Assembly (NCBI RefSeq): GCF_009914755.1
Contig: NC_060942.1
Strand: one strand, 5' to 3'
Source of the DNA: the human T2T-CHM13v2.0 reference genome, Homo sapiens
Length of the DNA stretch: 64,000 nt
Shown: piece by piece, positions 45,549 to 62,819 of the stretch
Numbering within the stretch: position 1 is the first letter of the stretch
Layout: each line of letters begins with the position of its first letter
Translations under genes and position numbers: made by a program
The notes under the pieces: generated by a model
Seen by the model: the letters and a program-made list of their open reading frames with translations, nothing else
The model's database searches: none
Told to the model about the DNA's origin: nothing

Positions 45549-46494
45549 CAAGTGCTTAACTGTGCTAAACTCGTAATCACTAACAAGGCCTTAGAGTAGC
45601 CAAGGGCAGCTTCCTGGACTCAGTCAGCCTTGCAGAATCTTTGCACCTTGCAGGTTAAGCTAGAATTGAACACAGCCCTGAACCTAAGGAAACAGAACAT
45701 ATAAGAATTATGTAAACTGATTTATTCAAGACTGGATTCAGATATTTAGAGGCCTCAAGCACTGAAAAGTGTGTGGTGCCACCTCACGCCCATACTTACT
45801 CAAAAGTTATGTGCCTGTTAAAATAAAAATAGCTCTGTCTGGATTTTCTGATTATAAAATCTGGGATATGTTTATGGAGGCTCAGCTTTTCTCTGTTGTG
45901 TGGTTATTGCTGACAACCTGGCTCAGCCAGGTCCCTGGTTGTGTAACCCACAGCCATGTAACATAGCCCCTTGCTCTCATGGCAATGAATCCTACAGCCA
46001 TCAGAGGATGGGGAAAGCTGCCCATGCTTCCCTGAGCCAACTACCAGGGGAATTTCAGGACAGAAGGCAAAATCACATCTCAGAGAAGCAATTTAAAAAC
46101 AGGTGGAACTACCTCCATTAATAATACCCTCCAAATATTGTAAGGCATTATCTTATTAAAATTTTTGCCAATGGATTAAAATATATATATGTTGCAGGCA
46201 CTGTGACAGATTTACATGTTATTTCAAATCCTCCCAAAAGCCTATAGGTGGGCATTAGTATCACCATTTCACAGATGAGGAAACTGAACCTAGGGAGATT
46301 AGATTTACAACCTGCCCAGATATTGTGAAGAGCAGAGAAAGTATTCAAGCCCAAGCCCAGCGTCAGGGCCCATGTTTCTTCCTTCTCTCCTTTAACCCCA
46401 TGTTCTCATGCTCTTTTTTGGGGAAAAAAAGACTTTTCCATTGTCCAATATTTTTAATATTATTTGAGCTGCTGCCATTGCTGTGGACTGTTTA

Positions 46495-46877
<383 letters not shown>

Positions 46878-49204
46878 TTAAGTGCCAAAGTTACAGAATT
46901 TCTGGCACTGGAGGAGGCCAGTGGAGGCAATTTTGTGGGGGACACAGGAAGGGGAGGAAGTGGCACATGCGTAGCTATCCATTCACAGTGTGTGGGCTCC
47001 TGCACAATCTGCCTTCGCATATGGTAGGCCTGGGGCCAAGCATCCGCGAGTGCCCACTCAGATGCTGGAATCTCCAGGGTGGTTGAACCAAAAGAGGCTG
47101 AATCTATGGGGCACAGGGCATTTGGCACTGTGGACTTAGGTTCCCCAAAGAAGCCCCACCCCTGATGCCAGAGCCCAGGACCCCATGTGCTGACTGCTCA
47201 ACCCAGTGGGGCACAGCGTGCAGCCCAGGTCACCAAGAGACTGGCCATGTGCTAAAGACAAAATGCAACTGAACCCATCCTTGCAAACCACCTCCAAGAG
47301 CCTCCTGCTTCAGGCTGAGGCCCCCCTGCATGCTCTGGAGAGTGAGACTGAAGCCACTGTCATTGCTCTGCTCTGTTTTTCAGGTCAGTAGAGGACAGGA
47401 AGGCAGCTGCTTCCTAGATGGTCTCCTAGGTCTTCATGCCTTCCCTGTCCAACGGCCTGAACACTGCCATCAGAGTGAGCTTCCTAAGGAGTATCCCAAT
47501 AGCACCACTTGCCTATTCCAGAACCTTCCAAGACTGCCCACGACCCAAAGGACAGGATCAGACCCTCAACTCAGTGCCCCAGGAGTGGCCCTGCGGTTTC
47601 ACTTGCACCCCTCTGCAAACCTCAGCTTTTTAAGCCACTATTGTGCTCCCACAATCATCCTGCGCCCCACCTGCCTCAATGTCCCTCAACCTCCAACGTC
47701 CAGCTCAAGCACCACCACTTCCCTGAGGCCCTTCTTGACCACTCTGGCCCAGCCCACCAGGCCGTCCCACCTTGGAACTAAGTCAGCACTTACTCTCCAA
47801 CCCCCTACACCTTCTCATCCTGCCTCACTCAGCGGTCACCTCTGCCTGTCTATCTGTGAGTTCTGTCACCCCTACATAATTATGGTCCTTCCTAGGGAAG
47901 AAACTAGACTTTATATCTAAAACTGAGCCCCAAATTGTCTTTCTCAAAGTCCTTAAGCAACCAGAGTGGGGAAAGGGGGCCAGGGGTGGGTGCCTTGAGG
48001 TTCCAGAACTATGGGATCCTGAACTCCACCCTCCCCAGAGGTCTCCTTAGGAAAATTGGAACAGGAGGGTCTTACCAGTCCTGGGAAAGAGGAAGAAACA
48101 GAGAGAGGGGAGGCCAGCCAGAAACACATGCCAGACTGCTTGTTGAGTCCAACCCTCCTGGGGCAGGCAAAGGGACTGCAGCCATAGAGGTGTTAGAGGT
48201 GTTGCCAGGCAAACTCCCACCCAAGAGACAAGTTTTACAGTGGATAATCCAGAGCTAGTAAGGGGCACCAGGCAGGGAGGGGTATGACTTGAAGGGCCAC
48301 AGGGGCTGTCCCCTGTCCCTAAAGTATCTTACCCATTAACCTGTCACTAAGACTCCAAAAGAATGACAGTGTTGCGACCAACAATTACAAACGGACTTCT
48401 TCAGTGTTAGGAGATACTGCTGCTGCCCTCAAGAACTGACAGTCCGGTTTTAACTGTTATTTGGGAAATGACCACCTTGCACAGGTGGGGTCCTCGGAAG
48501 AGTCCAGAGGTTAGGGGGTGGTGAGAGGACAGAAAATGCAGTGAACTGGAGGAGGCCAGGCCAGGGTTCTACTAAGAACTGCAGCACTAATCCCAGAAAT
48601 TGTTAGTTCTCAGTGAGGGGCAAATAGCTCCAATGCTAAACAGCCTTTGGCAGGATTTCAGGCAGAAGTGCCAGTTTGATGAGGGAGAAGGTTCTGGATA
48701 AGAAGGTGTTATCAGTGCCTCTCCATCAGTCACAAACCTGCAGCTGCCATGTTCCTTTAAAGGTGTTAACACCAGCCCCAGAAGTGGCCACTTTCTTCAG
48801 AGCTTCAATAGCCATCCAAGCAGATGACTCACCTCCAGGCAATGCTTGCCTCTAGAGATTCTTGGATAGGGGGGCTCGCATTCCACCATTCACTAGCAGT
48901 GTGACTCTCAGCATTGAACCTCTTGAAGTCTCAGTTTTCTCATCCGTCAAAGGGGATGAATAATCCTCAACCTAAGGATATAAACAGTCTACAAAAGCAG
49001 ACATATAAATGCTAACATGCATATAAAGGCTTTTATATCTAATATACACAATTAAAATGTATTTAACCCAATGTTTGCATAAAGAAAAGATAATGGAGTG
49101 GTTGATGGACAAGGTGAGAAGTCTTCCTTTCCATTTGTACACACTTTTGTAACTTTTGATTTTATACATGCTTGCATTACTTTTTCAAAAAATAAACAAA
49201 AGTA

Positions 49205-49635
49205 GGCCTGGCACTTTGGGAGGCCAAGGCAGGGGGATAGCTTGAGCTCAGGAGTTTGAGACCAGCCTAGGCAACATAGTGAGAACCTGTCTCTATCAAA
49301 AAATCAAAAAATTAGAGCTTAGGAGGCTGCGTCAGGAAAATCATTTGAGCACAGGAGGTTGAGGCTGCAATTAGTCATGATCACACCACTGCACTCTAGC
49401 CTGGGTGACAGGGCAAGATGCTGTCTCAAAAAATAAAAATAAAGGAAATAAGCAAAAGTAGGCTGGGCACAGGAGCTAATACCTGTAATTCCAGTGCTTT
49501 GGGAGGCTGAAGTGGGAGGATTGCCTGAGACCCAGAGTTAAAGGCTGCACTGAGCTATGATTGTGCTACTGCACTACAGCCTGGATGACAGAGCAACAAC
49601 ACCCTGCGTCTAAAAAAGAAAAAAGAAACAACAAC
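49205..49635 (+). mobile_element. Internally deleted AluJ followed by a fossil Alu monomer
   Basis: TSD aaataa(a/g)caaaagta flanks the first element; the second is a single arm from 49461. Confidence 0.8.
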
Positions 49636-49719
49636 ACAGATGGTCACCCCAACTACCAGGTGAAGTGAAGATGAACTATGTGTGACAAATGGCTCTGTCA
49701 ACTACGTGAGCGCTAGTTG

Positions 49720-49895
49720 TTTATCCGGAGAAGATGCAGGTAGCGGGCTGTAGCTGCCTGGTTATGTCAAGGGGGAGATTTCTTTCTGTCTTTGCAGTCT
49801 CTTAGCAGATTGCCTGTGATGAGCACTACGTTCTGATTTAATGCTTATTCAATAGTAAAAACATTTTATTTCTCTACCAAAAGAAAAAGAAAAAG
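49720..49895 (+). mobile_element. MER34-like ERV1 LTR fragment ending in an A-rich tail
   Basis: tttctttctgtctttgcagtctcttagcagattgcctgtgatg...tttaatgcttattcaata matches recalled MER34-group LTR sequence. Confidence 0.6.
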
Positions 49896-52800
49896 GCCTT
49901 TTGGTAACTCTTTTGGCGTTGCACAAACAGGAGGGATGGTAGCGACGATGATGGCTGGTATTAACACAAAAATGAAAAATAAGGAAAACAAAACAGGGGC
50001 AGTTGTTTCATGCTGAGAATGTCATGTCTTTCTCCTGAGTAACTGCTACTACCCATACCCCTCGGGGAACTAGAGGTCACTGAGCACCGGGCTCAGGGCC
50101 CCTTCACCTCCCTCTCGCCCCAGCAGGAGAGCCCAGGCCCCTGTGGAGGGCGAGGACTCCAAGGATCAGTAGCCAGAGTGGCTGCAGCCACTGATCTGAA
50201 AGTCCTTCCTGACCCAAGTCTTGACCAAGAACAAAGCCAAATCCACTTCTTCTCCTTAAAACAACTCAATCTTAAGCCAGCAGCCACCCCAGAACAGACG
50301 CCCTTACCTTCCTGACGGATCCCATCCTGGCCAGGGGAGGGCCCTGCTCATCCTATGACCATCATCTCTAAAGTTAGGGATGGCACCATAACATGCACAC
50401 TTTCGCTCAAGAAGCTCTCCTTAGAGAGCTCCTCTATGCTCTTCTTGGACCTTTTAGAGCATCACGCACCCTGGGTAAAACAGCCAATAAAAGTACAACC
50501 GCACATTAATCATTTATATTTCTACAAAGTGCTTCACTTCTACCAGGGAGCAAATTCAAACCTGGGCATGAGGGGCCCAGACAGAGAACGAGCAGAGCGA
50601 AGGCAACAAGAACAGGGGAGGGTGTCTGTGCTGCCCAAGTTGTGGGAAGACAGGCCTCGGGTTGCCACTTTGCTCATTTGTCCAAGAGGGGCAGGAAGTC
50701 CAGGCTTTTATTTTTCATTTCCCAGTTCTTAAAGGTTGCCAATGAATCCAAACTTGAAACACTGTGCAGACCAAATACGACACGCTGTAGGCTGCAGACC
50801 ACCCATTGGCAGCCCCTGAGTTGCAGCATCTTGCTCCATCCTGACCCCAGTCCTGTGAGGGAGAGAGGTAGAGTGCACCATCAGCCATCACAGCTGAGGA
50901 AACAGGCATAGAGTGGGAAGTTAGCTCAAGCCACCTGGGGGCAAAGATAGGCCTGGAACCCAGGAGTCCTGACTTCCAGTTCAGGCCTCTCAGCACCCAA
51001 GGTCTGGATCCTGTCCCGGGAGTCAGTTGCACCCAGCACACATTGGGGTCTTCCCATATTGGGGTGCTGGGTCAGTGACCTCAGCCTTCTGGCCTCATGC
51101 GCAACACACCTGTTCACCTTTACTGCCATCCTCACACTGGCCCAGGTGAGCGCATTCCAGGGCCCTGCCTGTCACCACCCCCTCCCTCTTGACAGGCATA
51201 CAACAGGAATGAGAATGACTGTACTCCCTATCATTAGAGGGATAACCTTGAGTAGGCTCTATTCGTAAAAAAACAATAAAAGAAGAAAATCATTCACAAA
51301 CGTTGCTATTTAACTTTTGTGGGAGGATAATCTATTGAATTATTCATTTGTATTTTCCCTCCTCCATTCCAGAAAGGTAGCTCGGTTTTTTTATCTTCAA
51401 CCCAGGGCCAACTGGGTTGTGGGGGCGAAAGGCTTCAATGCTCAAGAAATTGTGCTGTGAAGAAACTGTGTGAGAGAGTCCTGGGGGAGGTGGGGGGCCA
51501 GTGCCTCTGGGTCTCGGGAGGGCTGCGGTGGAAGTGGTGAGACCATGGCCCAAACCAGGAAGCCCATGCTAGCAGCTTGAGATCGCTCTGTCCACATCCC
51601 TCACAAGGGATAGCAGGACCTCAGAAAGGGGCAGCTCGGGAGGCTGGACCCAGGGCTCCAGAAGCCTCCAGAAAGCAGTGAGCAGATCAGCAGGGCCAGC
51701 ACAGCCCAGGGGGTCCACGGCACTGTTCTGTCCCACACAAGACCCCCAGGGTCTTCACACAACCCTGGGAGGGGGAAGACCCCGAAGGCGGCTCAACACT
51801 GGTGGATTCAACTTCCCACAAACTGGTGGGTAAGGTTTAGTCATGTTTTTAATGAAAGAAAGTTTAAAAATGAGCCATTTCTTTCACACCAAGCCAAGCT
51901 TGTGAAATAAAATGTATAATTGCTTTTCTATTGTTAATCAGCAAATCACTTGCATTGGACCTCACAGTGTATCGAGGGTACCTTTCCTTTTCCCATTCAT
52001 TCTATTTTCATCTTGTTATATATGCATAATATTTATTTTATGATATTATTCTATATTGGTCCAACAGCCATCCCAGGCCACATACTGAGGCTCAACAGCG
52101 AGCAAGCCACCAAAGCCTTGCCCCAGTGACTCTTAATTTCTACCAGAGGGAGACAGATATGACGACAATAAACTAACAGGCGACAAAATGCGTCATATGC
52201 TAAAGGGTGAAAGGTGTTGTGGGAGAAATAAAGGGAGGAAAGGGGGATAAGGGGCTTGGGGTGGGGGAGGAATGTTATTCCACACAGGGCAGTCAGGGAG
52301 GCCTCTCTGGGAAGGGGACATGTGAGCAGGACAGGAAGTGGGTGATGAGGGGCCAGCCCAGGTGGATGCGCTAGGTGAGGACTGTCCCCTGCAGAGGCAG
52401 AGGTGAGGGGAGGATGAGCTTTCACTGGGGCCAAGTGAGCCAGGGGCAGGGTGGCCAGTGATGGGGCATCAGTTCATGGAAGAAAGGAACACTGCCTTTC
52501 TGGGGTCCCTCAAAGCCATGTGAGAGGAAGGTGAGTCCAATTTCATCTCTGGAGGAGCCAAGAACTCAGCCAGGAGTCTCTGTGGGCTGGGCCCAGAATG
52601 TAGGCTTCTCCCCGTCCCTAGGGGGCTCTGACCGCCCTTCCCCCACCTACCTCCCGAAGCCCTCCACCATCCCCAGGTCCAGGTAAGGAGATGGGCCCCT
52701 CAGAGAAGGTGCCAGGACCTTCCCACCCAGATTAGAGCGGAGATGCTTCTGGTTGCGCCGCATTCTCAGCAGGATGAACGGGCGCAATGACCAGGTTCTG

Positions 52801-53492
52801 CGCTCCCTTGCCTGTCCATGCTCCTGACTCACTCTGTGACTTACGTTACTTTCCTACGAAGCTCCAGAGGATAACAATTCCCTCATCAGAAAAAGGAAGG
52901 GGTTTCATTCACCAGGGTCCACCTGGGGGGCCTTTCATTGGAGGCAAAAGAAAAGATGCTGCAGGGCAGGAGTATCTGGAGGGAGGAGAGGAACGGAGAG
53001 ACCCCCAACCCCTAGGCCGTTCCCCACCTCCCCCCACCCCTGCTCTCCACCCTGGCAGTACACCTGGGGTTGCCTCTCTAATCTTTTGGGCAGAAATTTC
53101 ACTCTTCCTTTTCCAGGCTCCACTCAAAGCCTAAATCTTGTCCAGTGGTTCCCAAATTGACTCCGTGGAACACTGGGTCACCCTTTGAGCCTCTGCAGAG
53201 GAGAGGAGGGAAAATGGTGGAGGTAGGGTTTAGGACAAGGGAACTAGGTAGGCAGGACTGGAGCCCCCATCCTGTTTCAAGCAGAGCATCCTTCCTTCTA
53301 AGGTGAGCATGGGCTCCTACACAGCCCTTAGCCAGAGGGGTCTCTCTGCCTTCTGACTCCAGCAGCAATGAACAAGAGTTTGCACTATCCACTTGGCACT
53401 TAGTATATAAGATAGTTGTAAACTCTTCATGTGTGTTTGAGCCTTCCCTGCCCTACCCCAAGAGAGCACCCTGTTTCATCCATCTTGGTAAA

Positions 53493-54017
53493 TGTGATGG
53501 TTAACTTTAAGTGTCAACTTGATTAGATTGAAGGATGCAAAATACTGTTCCTGAGTGTGTCTGTGAGAGTGTTGCCAAAGGAGATTAACATTTCAGTCAG
53601 TGGACTGGGAGAGGCAGACCCACCCTTAATGTGGGTAGGCACCATCTAATCAACTGCCAATGTGGCTAGAATAAAGCAGACTTACTGAGTCTCCTGGCCT
53701 TCATCTTTCTCCATGCTGGATGCTTCCTGCCCTGGAAAATCGGACTCCAAGTTCTTCAACTTTTGGACTCTTGGACTTAACACCAGTGTTTGCCACGAGC
53801 TCTCAGGCCTTCGGCCACAGACTGAGGACTGCTCTGCTGGCTTCCCTACTTTTGAGGTTTGGGGACTTGGACTGGCTTCCTTGCTCCTCAGCTTGTAGAT
53901 GGCCTATTGTGGGACTTCGCTTTGTGATCATGTGAGTCAATACTCCTTAATAAACTGCCCTTTATATATACATCTATCCTATTAGTTCTGTGCCTCTAGA
54001 GAACCCTGACTAATACA
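53493..54017 (+). mobile_element. MLT2A (HERVL) full-length solo LTR
   Basis: TG...CA termini tgtgatggttaa...ctagagaaccctgactaataca; 525 bp; flanks gtaaa/gtaac (4 of 5 TSD match). Confidence 0.9.
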
Positions 54018-54032
54018 GTAACCAACGTCTAT

Positions 54033-54912
54033 AGCAGCACCAATAGAAATATACCAGGAGTCACATATATAATTTTAAATTTTCTGGTAGCCACATTATA
54101 AAAAAGTAAAAATTCATGTAATAAAATTGCTTAGAACTAAATACACAGACTTATAAATAAGTGCATGCAAAATTGGTGAAATGAGAATTGATGGATTGTA
54201 TCAATGTGAATTTCCTGGTTCTGATATTGTACTATATTGTTTGGGGTGTTTTAGTTTTTGAGACAGGGTCTTGCCCTGTTGCCCAGGCTGGAATGTAGCA
54301 GTGCTGTCATAGCTGACTGCAGCATCAACTTCCTGGGTCCAAGCAATCCTCCCACCTCAGCCTCCTGAGTAGCCAGGACTACAGGCATGCACCACCACAC
54401 CTGGATAATTTTTTTTTTTTTCGTACAGACAGGGTATCACTCTGCTGCCCAGGCTAGTCTCAAATTCCCGGGGTCAAGTGATCCTCCCACTTTGGCCTCC
54501 CAAAGTGCTAGGATTACAGACATGAGCCACCATGTCTGGACATGATATTGTACTATATTGTTTTGAAAGATGTTATCTTTGGAGGAAATTAGGGGAAGTG
54601 GATACAGGTTCTCTCTGTGTTGTTACAGCTGCGTATGAATCTACAATTCTCAAAAAGATTTTTTTAAAGTAAAAAGAAACAGGTAAAATTCATTTCAATA
54701 ATATACTTATTCTAACCTAATATATTCAAATATTATCATTTCAACACACAAACAATATAAAAAAATTAAGGAGATATGTCACATCCCTTTTTTGTATTAT
54801 GTCTTCGAAATCCAACGTGTATTGTATATGTACAGACAGCATGTCTCAACTCAGACGCAACACTTCCAGTGCTCAGTAGTCACATGGGGCTAGTGGCTAG
54901 TGGACAGTGCAG
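54033..54912 (-). mobile_element. MER33-like element split by an L1M 3' fragment, itself split by an AluJ
   Basis: MER33 halves 54033-54112 and 54666-54912; repeat aaagtaaaaa flanks the L1; 21-bp TSD flanks the Alu at 54243-54542. Confidence 0.78.
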
Positions 54913-56391
54913 GGCTAGTACACAAAGGGCACACAATGGATGCTTTCTGCATGAATGATGAATGAACCAATTAACCAACCTGAACTAAGAGGGGCCTGAG
55001 ATTGGACCTGCAGAATAGCACCTCACCAGCAGAAGTGCACCGGGTGGGGGTAGGGGCACATAGATGTGGGGATATTGGCTCTGCAGGCACTGCTGGGTGG
55101 AAAGAGAACCCCCTAAAATGAACTTGGATTAGAAGGAGGACAAAAACCCAGCCTAACATGGAAGGAAGAGAAAGCACTTGGGAATTCTTGCTTCCTTTAA
55201 ACCTTCTTTTGGGGGTTGTGGGGTGTGGTTTATTTCCAAGAAATGGCAATGGTGGTCTTAGGAAGTATTGATCCTTTGATCTGCTGAGGAAGAATGGGGA
55301 GTTGGCAGGTTGGAGGAGTGAGGGGAGGGAGGTTTGGCCTTCCTTTGCCCAGATACTCGGCAAATGCAGCACAAAATCAGATGGGATACCAGGCTGGAGT
55401 GAGCGTGGATGCATTTTATTCTCCCAGGACACCCCCCGCTGACCCAGTGTGGCATTAAACCCCCAGAACCCCCACAGTGTGGCATCCCATACACATATCC
55501 TGGCTTACCTGCCTTATTTCCATTCCCTCCACCCACCCAGTCCAGGGGCTCTGCAGGACCTGTGGGCCCCCTGGAAGGAGCCAGCAAAGCCCAGCCTGAG
55601 CTGTTCTCCTGAGGGACCAGTCCCTTGTGCCCCACGTCACCAGAGCTGGAAGAGAGGAAGCCACCTTGCCCACCCACTCACACTGCATGAGGCTAAACAG
55701 AGACCAGACAGGCCGTCAGTCAGCTTCACAGAGCTATGGTGTCTTAGAAGAAACTTTCAAATCTTTGATAGCTTCCATCACCTGCTCCTCCTGCCTCAAC
55801 ACCTCAGCCTGTCCCCCAGATATCCCCAAATCCAGTCTCTGAGACCCACCAGTTCTTCAAAGCCTCTGTCAGGTCCCACCAGGGTACTCCCACCCCGCCC
55901 CATTGCTGTCTCCTCTGAAACCTACAAGATTTATAGTCTATGCCACAAAATTGCGAGTTTATTTATACACTATCTTACATAATTTTTCATGTTTGTCTCT
56001 TTAAGTGTTCTGTAAGTTTCTTAAGGACATGAATCATACCAAATAATTCTTTAGTAGCATCCCCTCTCCCCCAGCGCAAAGCTGAGAGGGCGTTTAACGA
56101 ATGTTTCTTGATTGTTAGGATAAAGTTTCAGGATTCCCTTCGTATGAATCCATCCATTCAACAATTAGTGTCAGGCACTGTGCTAGGACCTGAGAACTTA
56201 GAGATGAATAAAGCATCTCTTACAAGGGTCTTACCAGCTGTGTGACTTTACACATGTTACTTCCCCTCTCTGCAAGAATATGAAATGAGGAAGACTATGT
56301 ATTTAATAGGACTATGGAGAGGATTAAATGAAATAATCTTCATTTAGGATTAGCTTCTTAGGTTAGAACCTGCCTCATGATCCCTTAGTGA

Positions 56392-56700
<309 letters not shown>

Positions 56701-57890
56701 ATAGTTAATATTATTACCTCATGAATCCTTCACCTGTGGGGAGGAGGGGTGTCCCTAGGGTAATAGGTAGGGTTAAGAGCTAAATTAGAGAATTATTAGA
56801 TAAGAAGTGAATGACCTGGATACATCAAAAAGAAGAAATTAAATTCTCTAAGAGGTAAATCCCTGGAAAATAGAAATGTCAAAAAAAAAAAAAAAAGGTG
56901 GGTGGGGCAAGGAAGAAGAGACGGAATCCGGGAGTAAGAGGGTATCACTGTGCTCCTGAGAGATATCTGAGGAAGGTACAGGAAACTCACATCCAACACC
57001 TGGTGCAGGGCTGGGCATATGGCAGGTCAGAGCCAGGATTAGAGGAAGGCCAGCAAGGCACCCAGCACACAACATTTAAAGAGGTCCTCATTCTCAGGCT
57101 CATGTAAGTACAAAGTTAACGCCTGAGAGTAGAGGCCACCTTAAATTTTGTTCCCTGGATCACTTGCTGGCCTCACCTCATCTCAGTTTTGCAGCAAGTG
57201 CTCAGGAGAAACTTGCTCTGACCAGCGAAACTGTAAAGTCACTCTGCTGACCCACCACACACCCAGGCTGCAGTCAGAGCAGCATCCCTTCTTTCCAGGG
57301 CACCCTCCCCCTCGAGAACCACACTCTGGATAGATCCTCCAGTCCCTGTGGTCCCAATCTCCTGGGGCTGTGCCTGTTTCTCGGGGCAGTCGAACAGAAG
57401 GCTTTGTCCCCTGGGTCGGGGGAGAGTTGGCTCAGTGATGAGGGCCTTCGAATATACACATGTAGGCAGCACAAAGTCAGGCTGTACTTTTCCTTGACCC
57501 AGTTTCGCATCCTCAAGTCTCAGGCCTGCACTAGCCACATGCAGGCAGCCCAGCTTTTTGCCCTGAAGGTGCAGGAGAGAGGAAGGCTGGAGGGAAGACA
57601 AAGCATAGGAGGGTCCTCTGTACTTGAGGCAGGACAAAACTCCTGGTCTCATTTCCTGTCCACTGCACAATCACATAGAAAAGCAATGGGACAGTGCTGA
57701 GCAGGATGTGCTAAGTAGAGACACCATGGTGCTGTGAATTCAGAGGAGAGAAAGAACACCGTGGGCTGAGACCAGAAAGAGAAGCAGGATTTGGACTGAA
57801 AGACAGCTGGGAGGGGACAGCGGGTCGGAGGCAGCGTGGGTGAAGGCCCAGAGTTAGGACAGATGTGACATGCGTAAAAGACCCTTCACT

Positions 57891-58747
<857 letters not shown>

Positions 58748-58949
58748 TCCTCCCAATAAAAAACACTAAAATAACAATTAAAATGTCTTTTAATTGCCTT
58801 ATTAAATTGATGAATAGTCTGGCAAGAAAAGAAGTAGTAGATGCATTCGTCAGCCAATCTCGGTGATTCATGCTTCCCTTGTAATGGCCAAAGGGCCCTC
58901 CCAAGGAGGGTCACACTGGGAACCTCCTCCTAAAGCCAAGAAAGCACAA

Positions 58950-61250
<2,301 letters not shown>

Positions 61251-61730
61251 GGACCTCTGTGGGCAGGGCATAGCTGAACAAAAGGCAGCAGAAACTTCTG
61301 CAGACTTAAACGTCCCTGTCTGACAGCTCTGAAGAGAGCAGTGGTTCTCCCAGCATGGTCTTTGATCTCTGAGAACAGACAGACTGCCTCCTCAAGGGGG
61401 TCCCTGACCCCCGTATAGCCTAACTGGGAGACACCTCCCAGTAGGGACTGACAGACACCTCATACAGGCGGATGCCCCTCTGGGACGAAACTTTCAAAGA
61501 AAGGATCAGGCAGCAATATTTGCTGTTCTGCAGCCTCCGCTGGTGATACCCAGGCAAACAGGGTCTGGAGTGGACCTCCAGGAAACTCCAATAGACCTGC
61601 AGGTGAGGGACCTGTTAGAAGGAAAACTAACAAACAGAAAGAAATAGCATCAACATCAACAAAAAGGACATCTACACCAAAACGCCATTTGTAGGTCACC
61701 AACAAACCAAAAGTAGATAAAACCACAAAG

Positions 61731-62756
61731 ATGGGGAGAAGCCAGAGCAGAAAAGCTGAAAATTCTAAAAACCAGGGTGCCTCTTCCCCTCCAAAGGATC
61801 ACAGCTCCTCGCCAGCAATGGAACAAAGCTGGACAGAGAATGACTTTGATGAGTTGACAGAAGAAGGCTTCAGAAGGTCGGTAATAACAAACTTCTCCGA
61901 GCTAAAGGAACATGTTCTAACCCATCACAAGGAAGTTAAAAACCTTGAAAAAAGGTTACAGGAATGGCTAAACTAGAATAAACAGTGTAGAGAAGACCTT
62001 AAATGACCTGATGGAGCTGAAAACTATGGTACAAGAACTTCGTGATGCATGCACAAGCTTCAATAGCCGATTCGATCAAGTGGAAGAAAAGGTATCAGTG
62101 ATTGAAGATCAAATTAATGAAATAAAGCAAGAAGACAAGTTTAGAGAAAAAAGAGTAAAAAGAAGTGAACAAAGCCTCCAAGAAATATGGGACTATGTGA
62201 AAAGACCAAATCTACATTCGATTGGTGTACCTGAAAGTGAGGGGGAGAATGGAACCAAGATGGGAAACAGTCTTCAGGATATTATCCAGGAGAACTTCCC
62301 CAACCTAGCAAGGCAGGCCAAACTTCAAATTCAGGAAATACAGAGAACACCAAAAAGATACTCCTTGAGAAGAGCAACCCCAAGACACATAATTGTCAGA
62401 TTCACCAAAGTTGAAATGAAGGAAAAAAGGTTAAGGGCAGCCAGAGAGAAAGGTCGGGTTACCCACAAAGGGAAGCCCATCAACTAACAGCGGATCTCTC
62501 AGCAGAAACCCTACAAGCCAGAAGAGAGTGGGGGCCAATATTCAACATTCTTAAAGAAAAGAATTTTCAACCCAGAATTTCATATCCAGCCAAACTAAGC
62601 TTCATAAGTGAAGGAGAAATAAAATCTTTTACAGACAAGCAAATGCTGAGAGACTTTGTCACCAGCAGGCCTGCCTTACAAGAGCTCCTGAAGGAAGCAT
62701 TGAACATGGAAAGGAACAACCGGTACCAGCCACTGCAAAAACATGCCAAATTGTAA
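61731..62756 (+). pseudogene. L1 ORF1p, frameshifted
   Basis: Broken into ORFs 61731..61976 and 62011..62487 by a +1 near 61970 and a -1 near 62482. Confidence 0.9.
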
Positions 62757-62819
62757 ACACCATCGATGCTATGAAGAAACTGCATCAATTAACGGGCAAA
62801 ATAACCACCTAACATCATA

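Noticed and set aside
45029-45559. 11-bp repeat caagtgcttaa around an L1 fragment plus Alu, suggesting a composite insertion
   Set aside because: Short match 200 bp from the Alu start; cannot be distinguished from chance without an empty-site orthologue
61253-61400. L1 antisense promoter/ORF0 driving an alternative ST8SIA5 start (orientation would fit)
   Set aside because: The 5' truncation appears to remove the antisense start sites and the ORF0 region
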